Source of the DNA: Octopus vulgaris
Lineage: Eukaryota
Direction of reading: 5' to 3'
DNA: 64,000 bases
NCBI GenBank assembly: GCA_951406725.2
Contig: OX597815.1
Span: 163,246,001 to 163,310,000 of the forward strand
Part shown: positions 1-13,058 of the stretch, in pieces
Numbering within the stretch: position 1 is the first letter of the stretch
Layout: each line of letters opens with the position of its first letter
The notes under the pieces: generated by a model
What the model saw: the letters and a program-made list of their open reading frames with translations, nothing else
What the model was told of the DNA's origin: nothing
Database searches by the model: none
Made by a program: the position numbers and the translations under genes

Positions 1-253
1 ATTACAAAGACAGGTTACACAAAGAGTTGGCGTTTACACAGAAATCAACGAAGATAAAAAAGGAAATGTTATAAAAGACATACACAATAGACAAATAAAA
101 ATGATATGGTCCCCACCACCAGATACAAGAAAAGTTGCCCCACAAAAAGCCAATCAAGGAACTCCACAGATCCAAGATCATCTTAGTCACCAAGGCTATG
201 CATCTTCTCCCAAGTGATCATCAACATCATCATCATCCAGTGTTTTAAATCCA

Positions 254-910
254 ATGGATGAAGATAGTTGTGTGAAAAAGTGCCACACCCTGGCAGTTGA
301 GGGATCCTGTGGAAGAAGCAGACCCAGGAAAACCTGGGATAAGGTGGTGAAGCACGACCTTCGAACTTTAGGTCTCACTGAGGAAATGACGAGAGACCGA
401 GACCTCTGGAAGTATGCTGTGCGTGAGAAGACCCGGCAGGACAAGTGAGACCATAACCCGTGGCCTTCTACACGAGATGTAGCCAGTCCACTTATGCATA
501 CCTTCCCTTCTTGAGACACAAAACTCTACTTGTGAAGACCTGTTGAGGTAAGTCAGAATCAGAATCGAAATCGATCAGTGGAAATTGCAGCTGAGATACC
601 AGTGCCGGTGGCACGTAAGAGAACCATCCGAACGTGGCCGTTGCCAGCGCCGCCCCGACTGGCCTTGTGCCGGTGGCACGTAAAAAGCACCATCCGTTTG
701 TGGCCGTTTGCCAGATTTGTCTGGCACGTAAAAAGCACCCACTACACTCATGGAGTGGTTGGCGTTAGGAAGGGCATCCAGCCATAGAAACATTGCCAGA
801 TCAGACTGGGCCTGGTGCAGCCTTCTGGCTTCCCAGACCCCAGTTGAACCGTCCAACCCATGCTAGCATGGAAAGCGGACGCTAAACAATGATGATGATG
901 ATGATGATGA
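254..910 (+). mobile_element. RTE-clade LINE 3' fragment with 3' UTR and (GAT)n tail
   Basis: ORF 254-448 has RTE C-terminal motifs (GRSRPRKTW...DRDLWK). The UTR carries three gtggcacgtaaaaagcacc-like repeats and ggcgttaggaagggcatccag, and ends in (GAT)n at about 890-910. Confidence 0.8.
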
Positions 911-2443
911 TTCTGTCCACGTCAACGAGGGTGGCCAGATCTACCTCAATGCCATAGCAATCAAGGTAGGCAGGTGCAGCCCATCCCAAACTTTGGGCTA
1001 GATGGTGCCCATTCTCCTCTGCTATCATGAAACTTTTTTGGAGCTGGATTTTCTATGGGAAGCATGCCCTTGCTTACCTCTAACTTCAGTTTCTAGACAT
1101 GAGTGGTCCTGAGACCAAGGTCTCTACCACGAATTTTAAGAAATGTGGTGGAAAACTAGCTCAGGAAGGCAGGGATGCTACTCCCTGAGACCCCTTTCGG
1201 AGCCTCGCTCCCAAGTATCATTCCTTAATCTACAAGAGCATGCTGAGAGAAGACATTCACTCCACCCATTTTGTGCCACTGTCATGTTCCCAAGCATTAT
1301 AGTAAAGGCAACCATCTCACACTGCTTTCTCTTCCTTTCCATGAAGAAACTTTAATAAGTCAACAAGGGCTTGACCAAATAGTGAAGTGTTTCTCAAGCT
1401 AAAACAACATGTTTTGCAAAGAACATTCAAAAAGGCAAACTTAGCAAATTTTGCAAAGTACAACACACACCAAACTCCCAAAACTTAAATCACTTACGCA
1501 CCATTACAGATCAATGAAAGATATTACACTTGAATACTGAGCTCTGTTTCTCCTATTAATACTATTAAATACACATACACACACTAATAACCTGTTGTCA
1601 GAACTCCTCTCTCTCTAGATTTTGGTTTCTGTCACTTTGTCTCCATTTCCTTCTTTCTGTCTGGGGTTCTTTATGGCCACTCATGTGTGCAATCTGTATT
1701 AACATACATATTCTGTATATATTGTGTTTTATATAAGGATTCATCACATGCCCATCTGTAAACACATATATGCACAAAATTCTTTCAGTTTCCATCTGCC
1801 AAATTCAGTCACAAGGTTTTAGTTAACACAGAGGTTACAGAAAAAAGATTTGATCAAGGTGACCTGAACCCAAGACCATATGGTTGGGAAGCAAGCTTCT
1901 TAATCACACAACCACATAGTGGCCATGTTGTGGCACCACCTTCACACAACCACATAATGGCCATGTTGGGGCACCACCTTGAAGGATTTAGCCGAAGAAA
2001 TCGCCCCCAGTACTTATTTTTTTCTGTAAACCTGGTACTTATCCTATTAGTCGCTTTTGCCACACTGCTAATTAATGGGGACATAAACAAACCAACACCA
2101 TGTTGTCAAATGGTGGCAGGGAGAAAACACACACTCGCATACACACACATATATATGATTTGCTTCTTTCAATTTCTGTCTATCAAATCCACTCACAAGG
2201 CTTTGGTTGGCCCGAGACTAAAGTAGAAAACATTTGCTCAAAGTACCACACAAATGGGACTAAACCTGTAACCTTGTAGTTACAAAACCAACTTCTTACC
2301 ACATAAATATGCCTGCATCTATATGTGTATAATAAAATGCATACATTTTATTGATAATTTACAGTAAGTGAAACAAAGCCCTATTTGAATTCTCTGACGA
2401 AACCTGACAGTTATAGACTCAAAATTCTTTCAACAGTGCTTAC

Positions 2444-2533
2444 CAAAAATACAAAAATTACAAAAAAGAAAACAGAAAACGCAAACAAATGCTTGATGCT
2501 AAAATGGAGATAAAAGCTACCCCTGCCCCAATC
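2444..2533 (-). CDS. Candidate coding exon (90 nt, phase 0-0) encoding a hydrophobic segment: DWGRGSFYLHFSIKHLFAFSVFFFVIFVFL
   Basis: Strong acceptor ttttgttgttgtccattttgattgcag and donor TTG/gtaagc. Only phase 0 is stop-free. Looks like the signal anchor of a type II membrane protein; the family cannot be identified from this window. Confidence 0.55.
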
Positions 2534-3463
2534 CTGCAATCAAAATGGACAACAACAAAACACACACATGCATATATCTTCATTCTTAAAGGTAGACCAG
2601 ATATTGCTTATAATAGTATGTTGGGAAAATACGAAATATATTAAAATCCCAAATGAAAGAATCACTTTATTGGTTAGAAATCTACCTAGTAATTGGTAAT
2701 GTGAAGAATGAAGACAGAAGAATAGGTTAGAAGGAGAGGAGAGGGGGGTGACTAGTTCTGAATGGCACTAATTTACCATTACGTTCCTTTTAACTGTTTT
2801 CTTTTGTTTGTTTGTTTTTCTGCTTTATATTTTTATTATTAAACTGATTTATTCATTCTGACTTCACACAAAAATACATTACCAATTTATACAATACACT
2901 TCTATTGTTGCCTGAATATCTCTAAAAAAAAAAAAAAGCACAATATTTCTCAAACCATCAATATCAAAAAAAAAAAAACAAACTATTATTATTATCATCA
3001 TTATAAAAGCAGTGGAGCTAGCAGAGTCATTAGCATACTGGATGAAATGCTTAGCAGCATTTCTTTCCGTTGGTGTTCTGAGTTCAAATCCCACTGGAAT
3101 CTACTTTGTCTTTTAACTTTTTGAGGTTAATTAAGTAAGTACCAGCTGAATATTGGGATCGATGTAATTGACTATTCACCTTCACCAAAATTTCAGGCCT
3201 TGTTCCAATAGTTCTTAAATTATTATCATTACACAGTTCCACTTGCATAATGTGGATCAACCTGAAGCTATGTTAGAAGTCAATTGTATGAGGTATGGCA
3301 TAGAGAAATTGATCTCAAAATCATGTGATTTGTGAAACAAACTTCTTACCCCACCATCATGTTTGTAAGTTTAGAGACTCCATGTTATGACTAGGATTAA
3401 CAGCTATACCAAAATTTGCCCTAGATTCAATACAAAGGTAGCGTAATGATGTATCCAATGCCA

Positions 3464-4918
3464 TCCCTCCAACAGTGCCACGAGTGCTATATCATCTGTA
3501 TGATGTGGTAAATATTCCATCAACATTGTCCAAATGATATAGGTATCATCTTTAAAATTCATCTGAGGCTTGGCCCCCGTGCTGTCCATTCACTACAGAA
3601 ATCATGTTCATGTTGTATCATAGCACTACGTCAAACCTAGTTCATCTCAACTGGCCCTGCTTTCTTCAACATCGTGCCAGCACACATTAACCCTTTCGTT
3701 ACTATATTTCTGACCAAAATACACCCCTCATGAGTTTCAATTAAATTCTAAAATAATCATGAATCTAGGCTTGTTTCATTAAATAACTGTAACTTTTTTA
3801 CTTATCAACATATTAATGTGATATTTGGAACATAATTAAAGAAAGGGTTCTTAATCAATTCTATTGCATAACTTTTGTCTCAAAGTGACTTTAATTACAG
3901 GTAAATCCAGGTAAATTGAGCAAAAGGTAAAAATATTAAAATTTTGTTTAAACATCACCATAGAAAATGTATCATCAGCTAATATTCAAATGGGTATGCA
4001 ACAAAATTTTGATAAAGAAGAATTGTGCACATCACTATATCATCAGTTGAATTTAATGCACAACAGGTGTACCATAAAGAAATCGGTCAAAAAATAATAT
4101 ACGGCCCTGGTTATGGTATGGAAGTGATAAATTCCAGACCACATCGTTCCCTAGGCCATGCTGACTAACATTATTTTCCCTGTATAACAACTAAATCCAC
4201 GCAGTACCCAGTATTTGCTTCACAAATTTTCCGAAATTTGAACCCCCATTTTGTGTTTGTTTACGTTCTGCGTAAGTTTGTTTCCGCATTGATCGCTTCA
4301 AACAATAACTTCCAGACCACATCATACCCTAAGCCATGCTGACTAACATTAGTTTCCCTGTATAAAAACTAAATCCACAACAGTACCCAGTATTTGTTTC
4401 ACAAATTTTCCAATTTGGAATCAATGCTTGATAACATGAAACTCCTATCTATTTTCAAAGTTGAAGAAAAATCGATGCCGAAAAAATCTCCCAAAATTCA
4501 GGGAATTAAAATTACACGTCGATCTTTGTACAAAACTGTAGATGAACTGTTTACGAAGCATAATCACGTGTTTTCACGAATGTACTAAAGAGATTTGCTC
4601 TGATATTCTCATTTAAATATGAATAGGTAAATTCGGGCGGGTTTGGTCACATTAACCAAAATTTTTTTCGGGCGGCTTTGGGCAGTTTGGTAACGAAAGG
4701 GTTAAGGAGGAAAGTGATTTCATGGCATTCAAACGGTCCCTAGATGATTACCTCCAATAAATACCAGGCAAACCACTCACACCCGGATATGTCTCTGAAA
4801 ACAGCAACTCTCTTCTTGAATGAGCTATGGTGCCCAACAGCTGATTGTATCTCTTCCAGGTAGTGCTATCAAATTAGACATGGCCTGGGTCAACTTTGGC
4901 TGAAACTTATCTAAGTAA
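3464..4918 (+). mobile_element. Old, 5'-truncated copy of the same or a closely related CR1-group LINE, split by a piggyBac-type insertion
   Basis: 3464-3690 translates SLQQCHECYIICMMW*IFHQHCPNDIGIIFKIHLRLGPRAV...GPAFFNIVPAHI. 4706-4840 continues EESDFMAFKRSLDDYLQ*IPGKPLTPGYVSENSNSLLE*AMVPNS. Both are colinear with the C-terminus of the 61082 ORF, followed by a homologous 3' UTR. Confidence 0.9.
3691..4701. mobile_element. Non-autonomous piggyBac-type DNA transposon (about 1.0 kb)
   Basis: TTAA duplication at 3687-3690 and 4702-4705. TIRs CCCTTTCGTTAC / GTAACGAAAGGG. Internal direct repeat of about 105 bp at about 4131-4240 and 4310-4416. Removing the element restores the LINE reading frame. 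Confidence 0.9.
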
Positions 4919-5486
4919 TGTTCTTAATTTTGAAAGGATCTTTTCTTAAAGAGCCAGTGGTTTTCTCATGGTAGAAAGCACATGAAAGATAAACTTAACC
5001 ATGAATAAAACACCAGTCTGAAGCAAGTAACATTCTGATATAAACAGGTAGAATCTATCCTTCAGAGTTACATGAGCTGTAACGCAGAATAAAGCGTTTT
5101 ACCAACAGTGGATTTGAACTTATAATCTTATGAGTAAATAACCCAACATATTATTCACTACTATATTACCTCTATAATGGTTTCAAATTTTGGCACAGGG
5201 CCAGCAGTTTTTGAGGGGAGGGGAAGCTGATTACATCAACTCCAATAATAAATTGTTATTTTATTGACCCTGAAAGGAGGAACGGCAAAGTCAACTTTGG
5301 CAGAATTTGAGCTCAGAATGCTAATGATTCTGCCAGTTCATTGCCTTATGTTATCTCTATAATACTGAGCCAAGTGTGAAGCCCTTATACTGAAGCAGCT
5401 AAAGCTTCCTCAAATCACATCCCATTGTTTTTCATTAAAGAAGTACACATTGGATAAAATCTATGTCCACTTAAACATGGGTGTTC

Positions 5487-6285
5487 TGTTAGAACAAACT
5501 ATACTGCAGTAGTTACCATGAGAGAAACTCTATTTTCACCCCCAAGTGAGAAGTGGGCTGTTCCACTACTAATAAATAGTGGACAGACACAACAAACAGT
5601 GTCAGTCGTTGAGGTACACCATATAGGCCAGTCATGCAGATGATGAAGTTATGTTGTCATAATGCAGGGCGTATCAGTGGTGACAAGGATACCTCCCACT
5701 GTATAATGGTGTTGTTATAACAGTGGCAACGAGGTTACAAATGCTTGTAGGAATGTCAAAATGAAAGAACCACATACAGTGAAAAATTTGAAGAAGGATC
5801 TGAACTACACACAGTGAAAAATATTGAAAATCCCAAAATAGGACTTGAACTATACACAGTGAAAAATTTAAAGAAGGAACTGAACTACACACAGTAAAAA
5901 ATATATAAATTCAATTGCAAAAAAATTCTGAAGTAAAAAAAATGTCTGATAAAACTGAAACCATAACACAGAACTGAACTACACACAGTGAAAAATAATA
6001 TAAGTCCGCATGAAGGATTTTAGTCAGTTTGCTATGTGTTAGTAGCACTACCTGTAAACAATGTAGACTGGTACTACCTGTGGCATTCTGAAGAAAAAAT
6101 AATAATGTTGTGTGAAAGAAAAAAGAAATCTCAAAGGGGGCAGTGTTGTGGTGGACACTCCCAAGAGAGAAGTGGGCTGTTCCACTACTGATGAATAGTA
6201 GATAGACACAGCAAGCAGTGTCAATCGGTAAGGTACACTGTAGGGGCCAGTCACACAGGACGAAGTTATGTCGTCAAACTCTTGT
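5487..6285 (+). mobile_element. Miniature LTR-retroelement relic (TRIM-like)
   Basis: Diverged direct repeats at about 5537-5660 and 6156-6276. PBS-like tggtgacaagg (5678) and tggcaacgagg (5724) follow CA ends. A purine tract aaagggggcag lies immediately before TGTTG at 6144. The internal part is about 40-nt tandem units (gaactacacacagtgaaaaat). Confidence 0.6.
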
Positions 6286-8790
6286 ATTGGTATTTAATGC
6301 AACATGCACTCTAATTTATAATGCTAGCAGGGAGACAAATTACAGTCACCTATAGTACTGAGACCACTTGATTATGTGATTTCACCCTTCCTTGGTCTTG
6401 GCAATGATGGATTCTCAACCACTAGAGGTAGCAGTGATTCATCTCCCCACCAGTGATATATTGTTGTTGTTAAGCATCAAGACGGGTAAGGATGTATTAG
6501 GTGATGGTCTAGGGCTTAGGGGCAGGAGACCCCAGACCTTGGGAAAAAAAATTTGGTCGTCTTGTAGTCGAGGGCTCTTCATTGACGCCTGACACCACTG
6601 GGAGGTAGCCCTCGAAGTCGCTGGAAATGGAGATCTCCAGGTCCAAATTCTTGAACGGCCCAGTGATATATAGAATAACAGTGCCAGAACAAGGACTAGT
6701 ATTGAGTTTAGCCAGTGATCTTGTTTAAAAATATTTATTAGTGACTGAAGCAGTATGAACACCAAGAGGTAACATTTATCCTCACTAAAATGTGAATGTT
6801 CTGTTCATTGGAAAAAATGGTCATGAATTATATGGTGCCAGAAAAAGTAAAACTTGTGTTAGTCACAATTAGAACACCTTTGATCATAGGCCTGCTTCAT
6901 AAAGGCTAACTTGGGGCTAAAAAAAACTACCACTACACTATAACAGTAAATAAATAAATAAATAAAGAAAGAAAGAAAGAAAGAAGCAAGATGAGGTTAA
7001 TAAAGGCAAGTTATTATTTCCTAACTTGTAAATTGACACTTTAGCATTCAGACTATTCTGTCGAATGTAATGCTTATTTATTCACATTGATTTTGAATTA
7101 ATCTTGCATTATCTTGTAGCTTTGAGATTCAACGACGTGATTGTATATTTTTATAATGACATTGTTAGGTAGGTGTGAGGCCAGAGCCAGACAGTTTGAA
7201 CATAAAAGATAGAAAATTTTGGGCCTGATACAACTGGTTTAAATGGTAAAGCATTAATTCAGTTTTCTTTTACTTTCTAAATTATATAGTATAAATATCT
7301 TTGCTTCAGGAGTGGAAGATATAAACTAGTTAGTTCGAAGAATTTTCGCAGTAAGAGATCCTCCTGATATTTACCACTTTAAAAAATATTAAGTAGCATC
7401 AAAAATTTGTGAAGAAGGGTTCAAAACTTGGACAAATAAACAAGAGAGAAACTGAGAAGACTGGAAAACGAAAGAAAACCTAAAAGCACTTTTTAACATC
7501 GCTAATAAACTGAGAATTTCAATGATTTTGAAAAAGAAAAAAAAAAAAAGGAACCATGTAAAACAAATAAAGAAAGGAAAAAATGAAAAAGAATAATTAA
7601 AATTCACAGATTTGAGAAACTTTTCAATATTCAGCATGGAAGCAATTTACAAACTCTTGTGTCAGTGCTAAATTGCTCTCAATATTTCAAGAAGAATTGA
7701 AATCGAGAATTCCCAGAAGGACAACATTCTTGATAACTGTTTCAGTTATTAGCCAATTATTAATGGTGCATGGGCAGACAATAATGATAATAATTGAATC
7801 TTCAAATGGAAAAACTGAACAAGTTTGTGCCGAGATTTTAGATAAACATGCAGAGTGATTGCAAAGAATTATGAAGAAAAATTAAAAGGAAAGAAAATGT
7901 AAAGAAATGAGAACGGGTCATTGTACTCAAGGTTACAAATTCAAATAGTTGTTGTCGTCATCAAGCATTTTATAGAATCTAAAAGGAAAATTCATATGGT
8001 CTTCTGAAGTATGGCTTCATTATATTAATACATGTAAAAATATACAAACTTCATCACATCATAAAAATGCATCTTTGAAAGAGATGTTATTCAAACATCA
8101 TTAACAGGTTTTAATGAATCAAAATTTTACCATATTAATAAAGATTTTTCTCTCATATTTTAATGAGAATCTTTTATAAGCACTTTTTTTTTTTTTTTGC
8201 ATATATCACAATGGCTTGATATTAAGGAGCGAGACAGACCGTCACATGGATATGGAATTTTACACATAGACTCATTTGGCACCACTCTCTCATAACCGTG
8301 CTTATAATGAATTTTGGAAAATAATCAAATCTAGAGGGATTAAGTAAAATAAAAAAAAAATTTTATTATTAAAGTGGTGTTTGCATAATGTTTAAATTTA
8401 AACAAGGGCTTTCCAAACTTTTCATATTAGGCAATCTACTTTTAGAAAGTAAAAATTTTTTTAACGAAACATTAATTAAATTTTATCATCGCTTTTTTGT
8501 TATTGTCACTGTCATTATAATGTTTGTTTTTCCATATTTGCATGAATGAGATGAGAGTAAGTTGGGACAGATTTTTACAACTGGTACTGTTCCGGTCAGC
8601 AAACACCACTGTTTCTAAGTGAGGTAATTATCTTCGAGTCTACTGAACTAGTCCAGACATGCTTCATTGTGGACTGCAAACAAATGTCACCATTAGGAAA
8701 GCCACTGTTTGCAGCAAGCAAGCAAAGCGCATGTGTAGATGAGACATAAAATAGAAAATCATGCACACAGACACATACCCATTTGCATTA

Positions 8791-8836
<46 letters not shown>

Positions 8837-9041
8837 TATACATACACACATAAATATCTACATTTATATATACAAAATTTAGAGGACTGACCACTAAAAG
8901 TGGACAGCCTGTATGCTAGATATAGACGTCAAAATCGCCATTTTCCACAAAGAATGTGTTCTCAAGAAAAAATTCATCAAAAAACCAAAGTGTAAAAATA
9001 AGCAAGACAAATGAAAATATACGAAATAAAAAATGATTACT

Positions 9042-9114
9042 TATGTACTAATTAGTTTCACTTGTTAATATTTACGCATATGGATACGTAAACATCTGCA
9101 AGATCATTAGCACA
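9042..9114 (-). ncRNA. Minimal type I hammerhead ribozyme motif with a core mutation
   Basis: Minus strand: tgtg-CTAATGA-tcttg[atgtttacgtat ccat atgcgtaaatat hairpin]caagt-GAAA-ctaattag-TA-cata. Palindromic stem III ACTAATTAGT, stem I tgtg/cata. Core G5 reads A. Confidence 0.6.
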
Positions 9115-9898
9115 GTCTGTCGTTTACAAAACACAATTTCCAGAACTAGATATAGAACACTTGACCGAAATCCAGCATGTATATAGTTCCACAAATTACA
9201 TTTATGTGTATCTTTCAAATGCCTTCACTTTTACACACACACACATACATACATACACACATTTGCATATGTATATGTATACATGTGTACACATACTCAT
9301 GTATATACATATAACCAGCACTCTGGTGGTTATGACAACAAGGGTTCCAGTTGATCCAATCTAGGGAACAACCTGCTCGTGATATTAACACACAAGTGGT
9401 TGAACACTCCAGACATGTGTACCCTTAATGTAGTTCGCAGAGAGATGCAGCGTGACATAATATGACAAGGCTGGCCCTACTGAATCACATTTTTGCCAGG
9501 TGAGTTGAGTAGAGCAACATGAAGTAAAGTATCTTGCTCAAGAACACAACACAGCGCTAGGAATTAATCTCATGAATTTACGATTGTGAGTCGAATATTC
9601 TGACCACTAAACCATGTACTGTTCAACATATATACATACAAGTATACATATACTTATATACATATAGATGTTAAATGCTGATCTCACCACCCTGAAGACA
9701 GAGGCTAGGTTTATGGTAATGTTTATATGCATCCCCTGCTGGTTGCATGTGCTTGACTTTTTGCACACCCTAACTGCCAACATTACAACTATTATATAAT
9801 TCTGAGCCCCCAGAAACAGCTGTCAAACCTGAAATACCATGCCTTCCACCCTTACTTTTCTTTATCTTTTGTACTACATGTAAATATATAAATATCTA

Positions 9899-10382
9899 CC
9901 ATAAATCCTCGAGTATAGTCCACCCTTGAGTATAATAGGCAGGGGATTTCTAGGGGGCTGTACCTCTTAAAAACCTAAAACTTGAGTCAAGGAGGTCTAT
10001 ATAACGTCCTTGGTTTGTAAAAATGTATGCGGTAACATCCTTTATTATTATTGTATATATATAACAATGCAAACATGTAGTTTTTTTGTGCATTTTGTTT
10101 GCAGAAAATAAAGAAATAACAGTAATAACATTTAATAAATGTTGCTTACTGCAAGTTATGGATGATTCTTTTATGACTACATTGCTTTCAGGCTTAGCTT
10201 AAGGTATTTTCGCACCCAACATCACAAAATGCGTCTGAATAAACATTGCCGGACAGCAAATAGAGAGTCGGACATTGCTTAGAAAATATTTTTCATTTTT
10301 AACCCCGTATATAGTACGCACTAGGGATTTTGACCTTTAAATTTTGGGGAAAAAAATACGGATTATGCACGAGGATTTACAG
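9899..10382. mobile_element. pogo/Tigger-type MITE
   Basis: TA flanks. TIRs ccataaatcctcgagtatagtcc / ggattatgcacgaggatttacag. Confidence 0.75.
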
Positions 10383-13058
10383 TATATAATATCTTCATTT
10401 TCCGAATATTTTCAGTTTTTGTTTCTCTCTCTATATATATATTTATATGTATATTCTTTTATTCTTTTACTTGTTTCAGTTATGTGACTGTAGCCATGCT
10501 GGAGCACCACCATTAAGGGATTTTTAGTCAAAGAAATCAACCCCAAGACTTATTCTTTGTAAGCCTAGTACTTATTCTACTGGTCTCTTTTGATGAACTG
10601 TTAAGTTACAGGGACATAAACACACCAACACAGGTTGTCAAGCAATGGTGGTGGTGGGGACAAACACAGAGAAAGATATACACAATAATACACACACACA
10701 CACATATATATCTATATATATATATAAATACATGTAAGGTTTTGGTTGGCCTAAGAAGACACTTGCCCAAGGTGTCACACTGTGAGATTGAACCCGGAAC
10801 CATGTGGTTAGGAAGCAAGCTTCTTACCACAGCCATGCCTGTGTGTATACCCTTTACCCTTTTACTCTTTTACTTGTTTCAGTCATTTGACTGCGGCCAT
10901 GCTGGAGCACCGCCTTTAGTCGAGCAAATCGACCCCGGGACTTATTCTTTGTAAGCCCAGTACTTATTTTATCGGTCTCTTTTGCCGAACCGCTAAGTGA
11001 CGGGGACGTAAATACACCAGCATCGGTTGTCAAGCAATGCTAGGGGGACAAACACAAAGATATACACACACACTTATATATATATATATACATATATACG
11101 ACAGGCTTCTTTCAGTTTCCGTCTACCAAATCCACTCACAAGGCATTGGTCGGCCCGGGGCTATAGCAGAAGACACTTGCCCAAGATGCCACGCAGTGGG
11201 ACTGAACCCGGAACCATGTGGTTGGTTAGCAAGCTACTTACCACACATCCACTCCTGCGCCTATGTACATATGTATATTTTATATTATCAAGCCCAAACA
11301 TGTTGATTTGTTCATTTGCATCGTCATCTAACTTCTTAACCATACAACCATGTCTGAGCTTGTTAGTGAAATACAATCAACAAAATTAACGAACAATCAA
11401 ACATCATATAATATGTCGCCAGTCATGTACCTAATTGTACGAGAGTTATCAGGTTTTAAATCTATTTCATGGCCAAAACTTTTGTTGAAACTGATCTGAT
11501 TTGGCTTAACTTCACCACACCATACAGAAATATCACAAAACAATTTGAAAAAAAAAAAACTTCTCATTTAAACTGGCCATATCTGACTCAAATCTGTTTT
11601 ATGTTCAAACTAGCCAGGTCTGGCATCTAACACCTACTCCACAATGTCATTTGAAAAATAAACAATAACATCTTGAAGCTATGAGGCTACGCATGATTAA
11701 ATCAAAACAATGTGCATAAAGAAGGATTACATTTGAAAGAATAATCTGAATGCTAAAGGACAAAATAATAGCATTCTAAGACAGACAGTTTTGGTATCCT
11801 AGAACTAAAGAGAGCCTAAACATGCTAGTATTAAAAGGGTTAATCGATAAATGGTTCCATCCCTATTTTATAGTTGGGCCACAAGGAACAATGGAAGGTC
11901 ATCTTGGTACAAAAGCAAGAATTGCTGGGAGTGTGTATTCCACAGGGTGACATATAAATGCTTCAAGTTTTGGCATAAGGCAGCAATTTTTAAGGGGAGA
12001 GTTTTAGTCACTCTCATCACCTCCATTACTTGACTGGTACATTATTTTATTAGGCCTGGAAGGATGAAAGGCGAAACTGACCTCAGCCGGAATTGAACCC
12101 AGACAGCAAAGAGCCAGAACAAACTGCTGCTAAACAGTTTCCTGATGCTCTAAAAGATGGTTTAAGCAGTCACGTCTTACCAGATGTACCTAAAATGCTT
12201 ACAATAACAATTGAACATCCGATGTTTAAAAACCTTAACCTAGCTCCTTGAGCCATAAATCAAAGCATGCTCATCTTTCCAAACTAGAGATAGAGCAGTC
12301 AGATGCATCAGGAATTGAAATGCATATTTATGGATCATATGTTCAATTTCACTTTGGGTATTATGCAGCTGTTGTTCTGAAAATGTATAATGAAATATAT
12401 TTAAGCTGTAACCAGACAAACCTTTCCTTTAGGCACAGGGTTATAAGTGTACCTCATTTTTTAGGGCATAATATAGAGGAGACTTGATTGCTATTTGTAG
12501 CAGATCAACTGAACAGATATGGGATCCCTTATCAGTATTATGTTATATTTCTAGACAAAATGTTACTTCCTAAGATGTAATTAAATATTAGAAGGCATTT
12601 CCTCCAATGCTTTATTGTTGTTGCCAATTCAATAATAATAATAATTATTATTTTTATTATTACTATTTTCAAATTTCTGCCACAAGGGCAGGTGGGGATG
12701 AGTTGATTACAGCGATCTCAGTGTTCAACTGGTATTTCTTTTATCGACCCCAAAAGGATGAAGGGCAAAGTCGACCTCAGAACATAGTGATGAGTGAAAT
12801 ACTGCTAACCATTTCGTCCAGTGTGCTAACAAGTCTGCCGGCTTGCCACCTTAATAATAATGGTTTCAAATTTTGGTACAAAGCCAGCAGCTTTGGGGGA
12901 GGGGATTACTTGATAATATTGACCCCCAGAGTTCAATTGGTACTTATTTTATCAATCCTGAAAGGATGAAAAGCAAAGTCAATCTTGATGGAATTTGAAC
13001 TTAGAAAAACTAGAGGTATATAGTCTTGTGTATTATATAATCTTGGGTGCAGATATAT

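Noticed and set aside
2-193. Hydrophobic 63-aa minus-strand ORF as the next exon of the host gene
   Set aside because: No clear splice acceptor, and the composition resembles a T-rich retroelement 3' region.
1498-1552. Possible minus-strand exon ending in gtaagt
   Set aside because: Weak acceptor and stops in all frames.
5770-6000. Repeat-spacer-like run of gaactacacacagtgaaaaat units as a CRISPR array
   Set aside because: Eukaryotic context, no cas genes, spacers related to each other; it is a tandem repeat inside an LTR relic.
7376-7978. Possible minus-strand exon (acceptor ttttccttttag at 7979, donor gtaaat near 7375)
   Set aside because: Stops in all three frames shortly after the acceptor. 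It could be a non-coding or alternative terminal exon but cannot be supported.
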